Source: a virus | Lineage: Duplodnaviria > Caudoviricetes | Length of the DNA stretch: 28,625 nucleotides | Strand: one strand, 5' to 3' | IMG/VR virus record: IMGVR_UViG_3300035397_000052 | Location: 1 to 28,625 of that record | In this document: positions 6,940 to 14,301 of the stretch, piece by piece | Layout: the number at the start of each line of letters is the position of its first letter | Numbering within the stretch: position 1 is the stretch's first letter | Notes under the pieces: model-generated | What the model saw: only the letters and a program-made list of their open reading frames with translations | Databases searched by the model: none | Told to the model about the DNA's origin: nothing | Position numbers and translations under genes: made by a program

Positions 6940-8421
6940 ATGGCAGACTTGCTTGATATGTTCAGGCCTCAGACAGCAGGAAATTATGAAACAGATTTCT
7001 CCTTTATGGATACATCTAAACAATTTCCCCCAGTGGAAGTAATGGGGCGTAACATGTTATATAAATACATGATGCGTCTATATTCTGGTAAATACGGAGC
7101 AAATAAACAACTAACAGCACTTATAACAAATTCGCTCGGTGTTAGAACAGAAGAAGAGATCCCTTATAGATGTATGACAATCAATTATTTTAAACTAACA
7201 GTATCTAAAATAATAGGGCTTATGTTTTCAAATGATATAACAGTTAAAACTGGGGATTCTGTTAAAGATAAACTTATTTATAATCTTATAGAAAGAACCG
7301 GATGGACAAAGGCAATTGTTGATGCTACTCGTATGTGTCAAATAAATGGAGATGCAGTAATAAAAACATACACAGGTGGCGCTAGTGCATTTTCCCCCTC
7401 ACATTGTTTTAAAGTAGTAGATAAATATAATAAAAAGAATGTTATAGCATATGTTATAAATCATACAATAAGTGAAAAAGATGGTACTGGGGCAGAAATA
7501 CCTAAATACGTTAGATTTGAAATTCATTCTAAAGGTAGGATATTTGAGCAAGTAAAAACATATGAAGGTAATTCAAGATATGGGACTATAGGCGTAGGGA
7601 TCGAATATAACTATAATAACAGAGTAATACCCGCTTCTGGGCAGGTTTATTCTACTGGTGTTGACGATTGTGAGCTAGTACAATGGATCTCCCTTAATAC
7701 TATAGTCGACGGTGTCTACGGGACTTCCCCCCTCGTAGACATCGCCGATATAGTGTTTGCTTTAGAGCAACGCTTATCCAGTGAAAAATGGGTTTTAGAC
7801 AATCATGATAAACCATATCTTATAGTAGGAATGACAGCAATTACAAATGACGAAAATACTGGTTCTTATAAACTAAAAGCAATCAATGGCAAATATTTAA
7901 TATCAGACGGTTCTGACCATCCAGAATATTTAACATGGGACGGTAAGTTAGATAACTCTACTAAATTTAGAGAGGACTTACTGTCTTATTTTTATGAACT
8001 TTCTGAAATGGGCAAAACCTTCCTTAGTGGTGAATATTCTGGTAATGTATCAGAGGAGACTCTTTCCAATACAATCAAATCAGCAATAGATAGGGCTAAC
8101 AGAGATTGCTTTGATATATGGCCTGACATTCGTAAAAGCTTATATACATTATGCAAATTGAACAATATAGATATAAAAATAGAGGATATAAACATAGATT
8201 TCAACATAGGTCGCAGCAATGATCAGAAGCAAATGGCGCTCCTGATTAAAGACCTAAAATCAACCGGTTTACTATCAGACAAAACAATATTAAAGAACTA
8301 CATGGGTTATTCAGACGAACAGGCAGACCTAGAAAAAGTATTAATACAAACAGAAAGCGGAGGGAATAACAATGACACTCATGGAAATGCTAAACAGGAT
8401 ATTCGGGGCAAAGTTGAGTGA
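6940..8421 (+). CDS. Portal protein (SPP1 gp6/A118-like)
   Basis: Follows terL, 493 aa, with INYFKL, GDAVIK, YGTSPL and PEYLTWD motifs typical of these portals. Confidence 0.88.
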   Translation: MADLLDMFRPQTAGNYETDFSFMDTSKQFPPVEVMGRNMLYKYMMRLYSGKYGANKQLTALITNSLGVRTEEEIPYRCMTINYFKLTVSKIIGLMFSNDITVKTGDSVKDKLIYNLIERTGWTKAIVDATRMCQINGDAVIKTYTGGASAFSPSHCFKVVDKYNKKNVIAYVINHTISEKDGTGAEIPKYVRFEIHSKGRIFEQVKTYEGNSRYGTIGVGIEYNYNNRVIPASGQVYSTGVDDCELVQWISLNTIVDGVYGTSPLVDIADIVFALEQRLSSEKWVLDNHDKPYLIVGMTAITNDENTGSYKLKAINGKYLISDGSDHPEYLTWDGKLDNSTKFREDLLSYFYELSEMGKTFLSGEYSGNVSEETLSNTIKSAIDRANRDCFDIWPDIRKSLYTLCKLNNIDIKIEDINIDFNIGRSNDQKQMALLIKDLKSTGLLSDKTILKNYMGYSDEQADLEKVLIQTESGGNNNDTHGNAKQDIRGKVE

Positions 8422-9010
8422 AGAGCTTCCAGACGGTACAACTGTACAACTTGGAGAGACTCTTCCCCCAGCAGTTACTAAAGATGAGGGTGTTAAGGTT
8501 GTTAAAGATTCAACTCCTAAAACAGACCCAGAAACATCTGAAAAGCCTAAAGTAACAGAAGTAAAAGAAACAGAGAAAAAGGAGCAAGAAATGAAAGCAT
8601 TCGCTGAGGGTTGGTTTAACAGTGAGACAGGTACGTTAGATGAGTCCAAGATTTCAAATCCAGAAATGCTTGCGGCTGTCAAAACAGTAGTAAATAGCTT
8701 CAAGGCAGGTCAAGACAAACTAGTTATTTCATCTGCAATCTCTACCGAACTAAAGAAATACAAGTTAGCAACCACTGAAAACACGGCTCTTAAATTGCTG
8801 GATTCTTCAGCAATTAAAGTAGTAGATGGCAAAGTAACAGGAGTAAAAGAAGCAATCGACGCACTAAAGAAAGCTGAGCCGGGTATTTTTAAGAAGTCTG
8901 CAACCCCTGTAGACGAAGGCTTTGACCCGACAAAGCAGAAAACCACTGCTCCAACAAATACATCGTTTGCTGAACTAGGCCGACTTGAATCAGAGACCTT
9001 AGACGCATAA
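8372..9010 (+). CDS. Capsid scaffolding protein
   Basis: Lies between portal and capsid. Charged low-complexity N-terminus and LLDSSAIKV-DGKVTGVKEAIDALKKAEPGIF, a gp20-like scaffold motif. Confidence 0.8.
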   Translation: MTLMEMLNRIFGAKLSEELPDGTTVQLGETLPPAVTKDEGVKVVKDSTPKTDPETSEKPKVTEVKETEKKEQEMKAFAEGWFNSETGTLDESKISNPEMLAAVKTVVNSFKAGQDKLVISSAISTELKKYKLATTENTALKLLDSSAIKVVDGKVTGVKEAIDALKKAEPGIFKKSATPVDEGFDPTKQKTTAPTNTSFAELGRLESETLDA

Positions 9011-9029
9011 AAGAAAGGAAGTATAAGAA

Positions 9030-10004
9030 ATGCCAGCATTGATTGACATTGCCCGTTCAGGGTTTACCGGCATCAGAACAACTCCTGTAGTTGAAAGAGC
9101 TATCAGGAGTTACCTCGTCAACTCGGCAATCATGAACCTGATGTCCTTTAAAAATATTGGAATGGCTTCCAATATTGGAAATCTTCAGGTAACTTACAAG
9201 ATGACTTCTTCTCCTGGTACTGCCGGTAATCGTAAGATTGGCGAAGAGTACACCCCTGACAATCAGGTTTCTACGCCTGTGACTGTGGGCCTGAAGGCTA
9301 TCGGAGGAGCATTCTCCACTGATAGAATCCTCGGACGTGCATTCCCCGGTGGTAGTGCAGGCATGGACGTTTGGACAGAGGAGCAGGTTGCTCTCAAGTT
9401 AGACGCCATTGCAAACGGATTTGCTCTTAAGTTTGTTAAAGGTAGTGCAACAACCGATGCAGATGACTTCGACGGGTTGTCTGTATACCTCGCGGCAAAC
9501 TCTGGGCAGGTTAATGCAACTCCCTATGACATCGTTGGCGGTTTGACAGATGCAGAAGTTATCAAGACGGAGAAGCATCTAAATCTTTCCATCAATTCAA
9601 TCCGTAGGGGTGTAAAGCCTAACCGCATCATCACTACTCTCACCGGCAAGGCACTACTTCAGACACTCAATGCAATCAGGCAGCGCGCCGTTAATACTGT
9701 AAGGGTTAACGATGCTGACTATGATATGTACATGGGTATTCCGATTGTAGACCTGTCCGATGACTGTTTCCCGACAACTGACCTCACAGATGACAAAATT
9801 CCGGTTTATTTCATCTATGTCAGTGACACAGATGGAATATTCACAGCAGTCCCTGCTGACGGAAAGATTGTAGATATTGGCCTGCCTAAACTGGATTCCG
9901 GGCTTGTTGTAAATCCCGGATTCTGTGAAATGTGGTCGGCTCCTATCTTTCAGCATTACAAAGTCGCTTCCAAGTGTTTCATCACTGAAAGCGCAGCAGT
10001 CTAA
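9030..10004 (+). CDS. Major capsid protein (HK97 fold)
   Basis: 324 aa after the scaffold. R-x-IGEEY, IGGAFSTDR, FVKG...FDGL and YMGIPIVD motifs. C-ending, high-expression codon usage. Followed by a hairpin. Confidence 0.9.
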   Translation: MPALIDIARSGFTGIRTTPVVERAIRSYLVNSAIMNLMSFKNIGMASNIGNLQVTYKMTSSPGTAGNRKIGEEYTPDNQVSTPVTVGLKAIGGAFSTDRILGRAFPGGSAGMDVWTEEQVALKLDAIANGFALKFVKGSATTDADDFDGLSVYLAANSGQVNATPYDIVGGLTDAEVIKTEKHLNLSINSIRRGVKPNRIITTLTGKALLQTLNAIRQRAVNTVRVNDADYDMYMGIPIVDLSDDCFPTTDLTDDKIPVYFIYVSDTDGIFTAVPADGKIVDIGLPKLDSGLVVNPGFCEMWSAPIFQHYKVASKCFITESAAV

Positions 10005-10028
10005 AAATCAGGAGAAGTTAAGTAACTA

Positions 10029-10052
10029 GGGGCGGGACTTACGTCCCGCCCC
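10029..10052 (+). other. GC-rich hairpin after the capsid gene (weak terminator or mRNA 3' stabiliser)
   Basis: GGGGCGGGAC-TTAC-GTCCCGCCCC with no immediate U-tract. Confidence 0.7.
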
Positions 10053-10170
10053 CAGTAATTTAATAATATCATATGTATACAATAGAGCATTTATAGTCAA
10101 AACAAGTTGAGTAATTATAATATATACATTAAGATAGTCTAAAGTGATTAAAAGTAATGTGGGGGTTAAT

Positions 10171-10614
10171 ATGGCATTCGTAGTAGATTCAGATACTTAT
10201 ATGACACTAGTTGAAGCCAATGAAATCGTAGAAGAAGAATTGTTGTCTGATAGTTCAGAAGCAGTAGTATGGGGAAAACTATCATCTAAAGATAAAGAGA
10301 TTCTTATTAAAAAAGCAACAAAATTAGTAGATAAAGTTATATTCCTAGGAACTCGGGCAGGCGGTTTAATGGAATGGCCTAGATACATAAACAACAAACT
10401 AACACAATGTCCGACAGATGTAAAGATAGCAATTATATTACAAGCATTAAGACCCTTAGTAGAGAATAATGAGGAAAATAAGATGCAGGAGTTAGGAATT
10501 AAGAGCTATTCAGTAGAAGGCTCATCCGTCTCCTTCAGCGATAAATATAAAGTTAAGACTCGTGGAGTTTATACTGACATATTCCAGGCTTATTTAGAAA
10601 AGATTACATTCTAG
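10171..10614 (+). CDS. Head-tail adaptor (family often annotated 'DnaT-like')
   Basis: TYMTLVEA...W..LS..DKE..AT..VD...F.G.R...EWPR and GIKSYSV...SVSF pattern. Start moved to ATG 10171 after a GGGGG RBS. Confidence 0.75.
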   Translation: MAFVVDSDTYMTLVEANEIVEEELLSDSSEAVVWGKLSSKDKEILIKKATKLVDKVIFLGTRAGGLMEWPRYINNKLTQCPTDVKIAIILQALRPLVENNEENKMQELGIKSYSVEGSSVSFSDKYKVKTRGVYTDIFQAYLEKITF

Positions 10615-10741
10615 TATAGTCAAATACAATCATAAGCACATTATCATTTAAATCATATATAGTTAAGTACTAGGCTATAAAATGTGCCATTTCCGGATTA
10701 CTATTTGCCGCCGCAAATTCTATATATAGTAGGAGGTAACT

Positions 10742-11041
10742 ATGATAGGCTTAGATTACTTTAAAGATACTGCCGAATATACTAAAGGTACTAAGTCAGA
10801 AGGCGGCTTCGGTCATAATACTTCCGAAGTTACTGAAACTGTGGTATGCAGACGTATAGGAGAGCGTGACGTTTTAAGGATTAAAGGGGAAACTACGACA
10901 GTACTAAAGCAATATGTATACCGAGTAAGATTTAGAGCAACTCCTGAAATAGACAAAATGGACGGAAGAGTAATAACAAGCTGTGAACCTGTAAATGATT
11001 CATTTGGTAGGACTGTGCACTTTCGTGTAGTGGTGGAATGA
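10742..11041 (+). CDS. Head closure / stopper protein (putative)
   Basis: Position after the adaptor, 99 aa beta-rich protein, AGGAGGT RBS. Confidence 0.65.
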   Translation: MIGLDYFKDTAEYTKGTKSEGGFGHNTSEVTETVVCRRIGERDVLRIKGETTTVLKQYVYRVRFRATPEIDKMDGRVITSCEPVNDSFGRTVHFRVVVE

Positions 11042-11814
11042 TGGAGCCTTATGTAATTCCTGATTCATTGGCATTTAGTGGCTTTAATTTTGGTGGAAAT
11101 GAGTACGGGTTGTCAATGTTACAACCATTAGACATTACGCCAGACCCTCAAGCACGTATGGTAGATGATATAGACGCATATGCAGACATGAACTTAGAGC
11201 AGATATTTCACCACTTTAACAAAGTTACAAATAAACTACAAGATAAAATAGAGAAGAGATATACTGATTCATTGGAGTCAGAACGTAAAGGACTTAGAGT
11301 AACATCAGACCGGGATTTGTTTAAACGGTTTGATAAATTATCAGGAGAGTTAGACTTTGACGAAGACAATGTAGCCGGCGTATATAGGGTAACAAGAGAC
11401 CTTATAGCCGACATAGATAACACAAGGGAATGGCTTAAGAAATACAATAATTATTTAAAGCGTCATAAAAATGAAGATACACCAGAGATAAAGCATGAGA
11501 AACTTATCAATTTAGGTAAAGCGATTCTAGCTCGTGCGGTGGAATTGTGCCCAACGGTTAATGGTAATCTTAGACGCTCCGGCACTCTTATAGATTCAGG
11601 CTCATATATAGTTATATTATTCACCGCTCCTTATGCAACATATGTTCATGAAAATATGAACAGTCGTCATCCAATAGGGAGAGCAAAGTTCTTAGAGTTA
11701 GCATTGCAAGAATTCATGCCTGACAGAAAAGTATGGATTGAGATGCATGGTCAAAATGCTGTTTATGCAAGAATAACGCGGGGCGGAAAATTAACATACC
11801 GTCACTATGACTAG
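11038..11814 (+). CDS. Tail completion protein (HK97 gp10-like) with long N-terminal extension
   Basis: C-terminal AVELCPTVNGNLRRSG...APYATYVHE...GRAKFLE matches the P-x2-TG-x-LR-x-S / YAxYVxE motif. Confidence 0.75.
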   Translation: MMEPYVIPDSLAFSGFNFGGNEYGLSMLQPLDITPDPQARMVDDIDAYADMNLEQIFHHFNKVTNKLQDKIEKRYTDSLESERKGLRVTSDRDLFKRFDKLSGELDFDEDNVAGVYRVTRDLIADIDNTREWLKKYNNYLKRHKNEDTPEIKHEKLINLGKAILARAVELCPTVNGNLRRSGTLIDSGSYIVILFTAPYATYVHENMNSRHPIGRAKFLELALQEFMPDRKVWIEMHGQNAVYARITRGGKLTYRHYD

Positions 11815-11828
11815 TAGGGGGAAATGAT

Positions 11829-12224
11829 ATGCATCGCATATATCAAGTAATATCAGAAAAACTTGGCACAGAATACCCCCTTATTACATATAACAAGATG
11901 GACGATAGCAAGGAGAATTCAGTAGGAATCTTCTTATATCCATCAGAAGCAGATAAAGAAACCCTTGACGGACAGACTGTTTATGAGTCATTAAAGGCTC
12001 ACATTCAAGTAAATGCTGAAAGGAGTGATGCGGGTGAAATTAAAGCCATAGCATACCTCAGAAACTTTGTCAGCAGGATAGAATCGGAAAAGAGTACAAT
12101 TCCAGGCGTGAAGTTGAGGGGTTGCCTTCACGTAGGGATGAAGTCTCAACCGATAGGCGTCAACTCGTTTAACATCCCTGTCTATGTCACAAATGTAGCA
12201 ATCAAGTACATACTAACGGATTAA
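11829..12224 (+). CDS. Tail terminator / minor structural protein
   Basis: Position before the tail tube, 131 aa, with IQV and PIG-x-N...Y-x2-N pattern. Confidence 0.7.
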   Translation: MHRIYQVISEKLGTEYPLITYNKMDDSKENSVGIFLYPSEADKETLDGQTVYESLKAHIQVNAERSDAGEIKAIAYLRNFVSRIESEKSTIPGVKLRGCLHVGMKSQPIGVNSFNIPVYVTNVAIKYILTD

Positions 12225-12243
12225 GAAAAGGAGATTAAACAAA

Positions 12244-12687
12244 ATGGCAGGTAGCATAACACAGAAGGACAGTACCAGAATTTACATGAACACAACCACA
12301 CCTGTGAAGGCTGACAAGCTTTCTAACGTGGTGTCCATTGGTGAAATCGGGGCAGCTGCAGATGAAGTAGATACTACAACCATTGACTCCGTCGCTAAGG
12401 AAAACGTTGGCGGCATGGATGACAATGGAGAAGTAGCTCTCGTCCTGAACATCGTTGACACCGAACTGACCAAGCTCATGGCTTGGCAGAAAGACAAAAC
12501 CAAGCTTAAGTGGGGCGTTGTGGCTGACGATGCGGACGGGGATGCTATCATTTCTCTCTCTGGTTCAGATGCATGGATTAAGTCCTGCAAATGGAACGGA
12601 GCAACGGTTGGTGGCCTTCTGCAGGTTTCTGCAACAATGCGCCTCTCTGGTGAGCTTCTCACCACTTACACCGAACCCACGATCTAA
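12244..12687 (+). CDS. Major tail tube protein
   Basis: VVSIGEIG..ADEVDTTTIDS..KE...G..D.GE and ATMRLSG motifs of siphovirus tube proteins. High-expression codons. Confidence 0.88.
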   Translation: MAGSITQKDSTRIYMNTTTPVKADKLSNVVSIGEIGAAADEVDTTTIDSVAKENVGGMDDNGEVALVLNIVDTELTKLMAWQKDKTKLKWGVVADDADGDAIISLSGSDAWIKSCKWNGATVGGLLQVSATMRLSGELLTTYTEPTI

Positions 12688-12689
12688 AC

Positions 12690-12731
12690 ATTGTAACAGG
12701 AGGGGGCCTTACGGCCCCCTCCCTGTACAAT
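12690..12731 (+). other. Long imperfect hairpin after the tail tube gene
   Basis: ATTGTA-a-CAGG-AGGGGGCC-TTAC-GGCCCCCT-c-CCTG-TACAAT, no U-tract. Confidence 0.7.
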
Positions 12732-12770
12732 AATAGAAGTAATACAATAGTATTTAGGAGGAAGCATTAA

Positions 12771-13151
12771 ATGAGAAAGCTTACAACAAAGTTCCTAGCA
12801 TCAGAAATAGCCAAGTTCGAAAAGAGAAACAACTGCGGCATCCTAGACGGTTTAGACGTTGGAAACCTGGCAGTTAACAAGATAGCAGACCTAGTTCGGG
12901 CGGGAAACAAAGGAATGACCGAAGAGCAATCATATACAAAAGTAGATGAATACTTAGCGGATGATGAAAATACGCTTATTGACTGCTTCATAGACATAGC
13001 AGTAGAGTTAGACTCTGATATTAAAGTATTTAAAAAGCTTGGTTTGTCAGAAGAGAAACTCAGGGCTCAGTTTGAAGCAAGCAGCAAACAAGCAGCAGAT
13101 AAACTAGATGACGGAGATGTATTCATTGAGTCAACTGACTCAGTTGAATAA
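12771..13151 (+). CDS. Tail assembly chaperone (gpG-like)
   Basis: Directly after the tail tube, acidic 126-aa protein, strong TAGGAGG RBS. Confidence 0.75.
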   Translation: MRKLTTKFLASEIAKFEKRNNCGILDGLDVGNLAVNKIADLVRAGNKGMTEEQSYTKVDEYLADDENTLIDCFIDIAVELDSDIKVFKKLGLSEEKLRAQFEASSKQAADKLDDGDVFIESTDSVE

Positions 13152-13190
13152 CTTTTCCCCCTAGAATCAGTAAAACATATGTTAAAACAG

Positions 13191-13223
13191 AGAGGGTAAT
13201 GTTATCTAGCATTACCCTCTTTT
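13191..13223 (+). terminator. Rho-independent terminator inside the tail operon
   Basis: AGAGGGTAATG/CATTACCCTCT 11-bp stem (plus 2 weak pairs) running into TTTT. Confidence 0.75.
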
Positions 13224-13239
13224 GTGAATAAAGGGCAAT

Positions 13240-13446
13240 ATGGGCATAGTATACACTTGTAATAAATGCGAATATTATAAAGTATTTATAATACCTAACG
13301 GAAAAATAGGTAAAGATCATAATGAAATAGTTGCTCCTGCAATGCATTGTAAGATTCCTCTTGAAAGTATTAAGTTTATCTGGTGGAAAAAGCAAATATG
13401 TTACACGCCAACATGGTGCAAGAAAAATCAACATTATAATTACTAA
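13240..13446 (+). CDS. Small Cys-rich hypothetical protein
   Basis: CxxC...HC...C..PxWC, possibly metal-binding. Weak AAAGGG RBS. Confidence 0.6.
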   Translation: MGIVYTCNKCEYYKVFIIPNGKIGKDHNEIVAPAMHCKIPLESIKFIWWKKQICYTPTWCKKNQHYNY

Positions 13447-13458
13447 GGAGTGATTCAC

Positions 13459-13650
13459 TTGTTTCAGTTATATACTGATATGTTAAAACGTGAGAGAGAC
13501 TTGTATGACGATGTATTAAGCAAGTTAATTATAGAAAGAGCATCACATGAAAAAACTAAACTAAAGCTTAGGTCAATATGCACTAAGTTAGAAATGTTAG
13601 AGAATAGACTTAACAAAAGCATTAATAATAAAAATTGTCAACAAGATTAA
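13459..13650 (+). CDS. Small coiled-coil hypothetical protein
   Basis: AAGGAGTG RBS favours the TTG start at 13459 (track start GTG 13450). Leucine heptads. Confidence 0.6.
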   Translation: MFQLYTDMLKRERDLYDDVLSKLIIERASHEKTKLKLRSICTKLEMLENRLNKSINNKNCQQD

Positions 13651-13674
13651 AAATATAGAAAGGGTCAAAATTAA

Positions 13675-14301
13675 ATGTTAGTCAAAAGATTTTATGTTAA
13701 AGACATTAAAACATTTGAAGAGGACTCTGATATATCGATTATAAAATTATTTGAATCATATTCAATAAGTAACCTTATTAGCTTAGTATCTTTAGGCAAT
13801 GGTAATTGTTCAGAGGAACATGCATCAGAATTAATAGATACATATCTATTAAATAATGACCTCATAGACGCTTATAGTATAGTAAAAATCTGTTTATTAG
13901 GAAACACTGAACAAGAAGCGGAGAATAGGGACACAGTACCAGCAAACAAATATAATAATATGACTGATATATATTCAGAAATGTGCATGCAATTAATGTC
14001 AATGGGTGTCACTTATTCAGAGTTTTGGTCTATGACGACTAAAGACATCTATAAGGTATTTGATAGTATAACGACTAAAGTTATACAAGACACAAATAAA
14101 CAACTCATGATAGCACATGAACAAGCAAGAATGACAGGCCTAGCAGTCTGGGGTAACCTTGAAAAAGACGCTCCTAAAGTTGGAGCAGCTAATAAAGAAA
14201 ATGATATGGTAACACTTAAAGGAATAGGCACAGTAACAAAACAACATGCAAGCAATATAATTAACCTTATGGCTATTAAAAATAGAAAGAAGGTAAAGTA
14301 A
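13675..14301 (+). CDS. Tail assembly chaperone, GT-like (G paralog fused to T domain)
   Basis: N-terminal ~70 aa align with ORF 12771. The C-terminal half has MGVTYSEFWSMTTKDI, a gpT-like G-x4-EFW-x-MT motif. Abuts the tape measure start. Confidence 0.75.
   Translation: MLVKRFYVKDIKTFEEDSDISIIKLFESYSISNLISLVSLGNGNCSEEHASELIDTYLLNNDLIDAYSIVKICLLGNTEQEAENRDTVPANKYNNMTDIYSEMCMQLMSMGVTYSEFWSMTTKDIYKVFDSITTKVIQDTNKQLMIAHEQARMTGLAVWGNLEKDAPKVGAANKENDMVTLKGIGTVTKQHASNIINLMAIKNRKKVK

Noticed and set aside
5579-10004. Introns or inteins in terminase, portal or capsid
   Set aside because: The ORFs are continuous and of normal length, with no splice motifs.
10630-10662. Sporulation sigma (sigE/sigK)-like promoter around CATATATA
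   Set aside because: The spacing does not fit well and such motifs arise by chance in AT-rich DNA.
12518-12733. Alternative-frame + ORF overlapping the tail tube end (frameshift extension as in SPP1 gp17.1*)
   Set aside because: It would add only about 15 residues encoded by the hairpin, with no Ig-like domain and no clear slippery site.
13028-13038. TTTAAAAAG in the G chaperone as a slippery site
   Set aside because: It is not in the X XXY YYZ register, and a shift could not reach the T-like region past the terminator and intervening genes.
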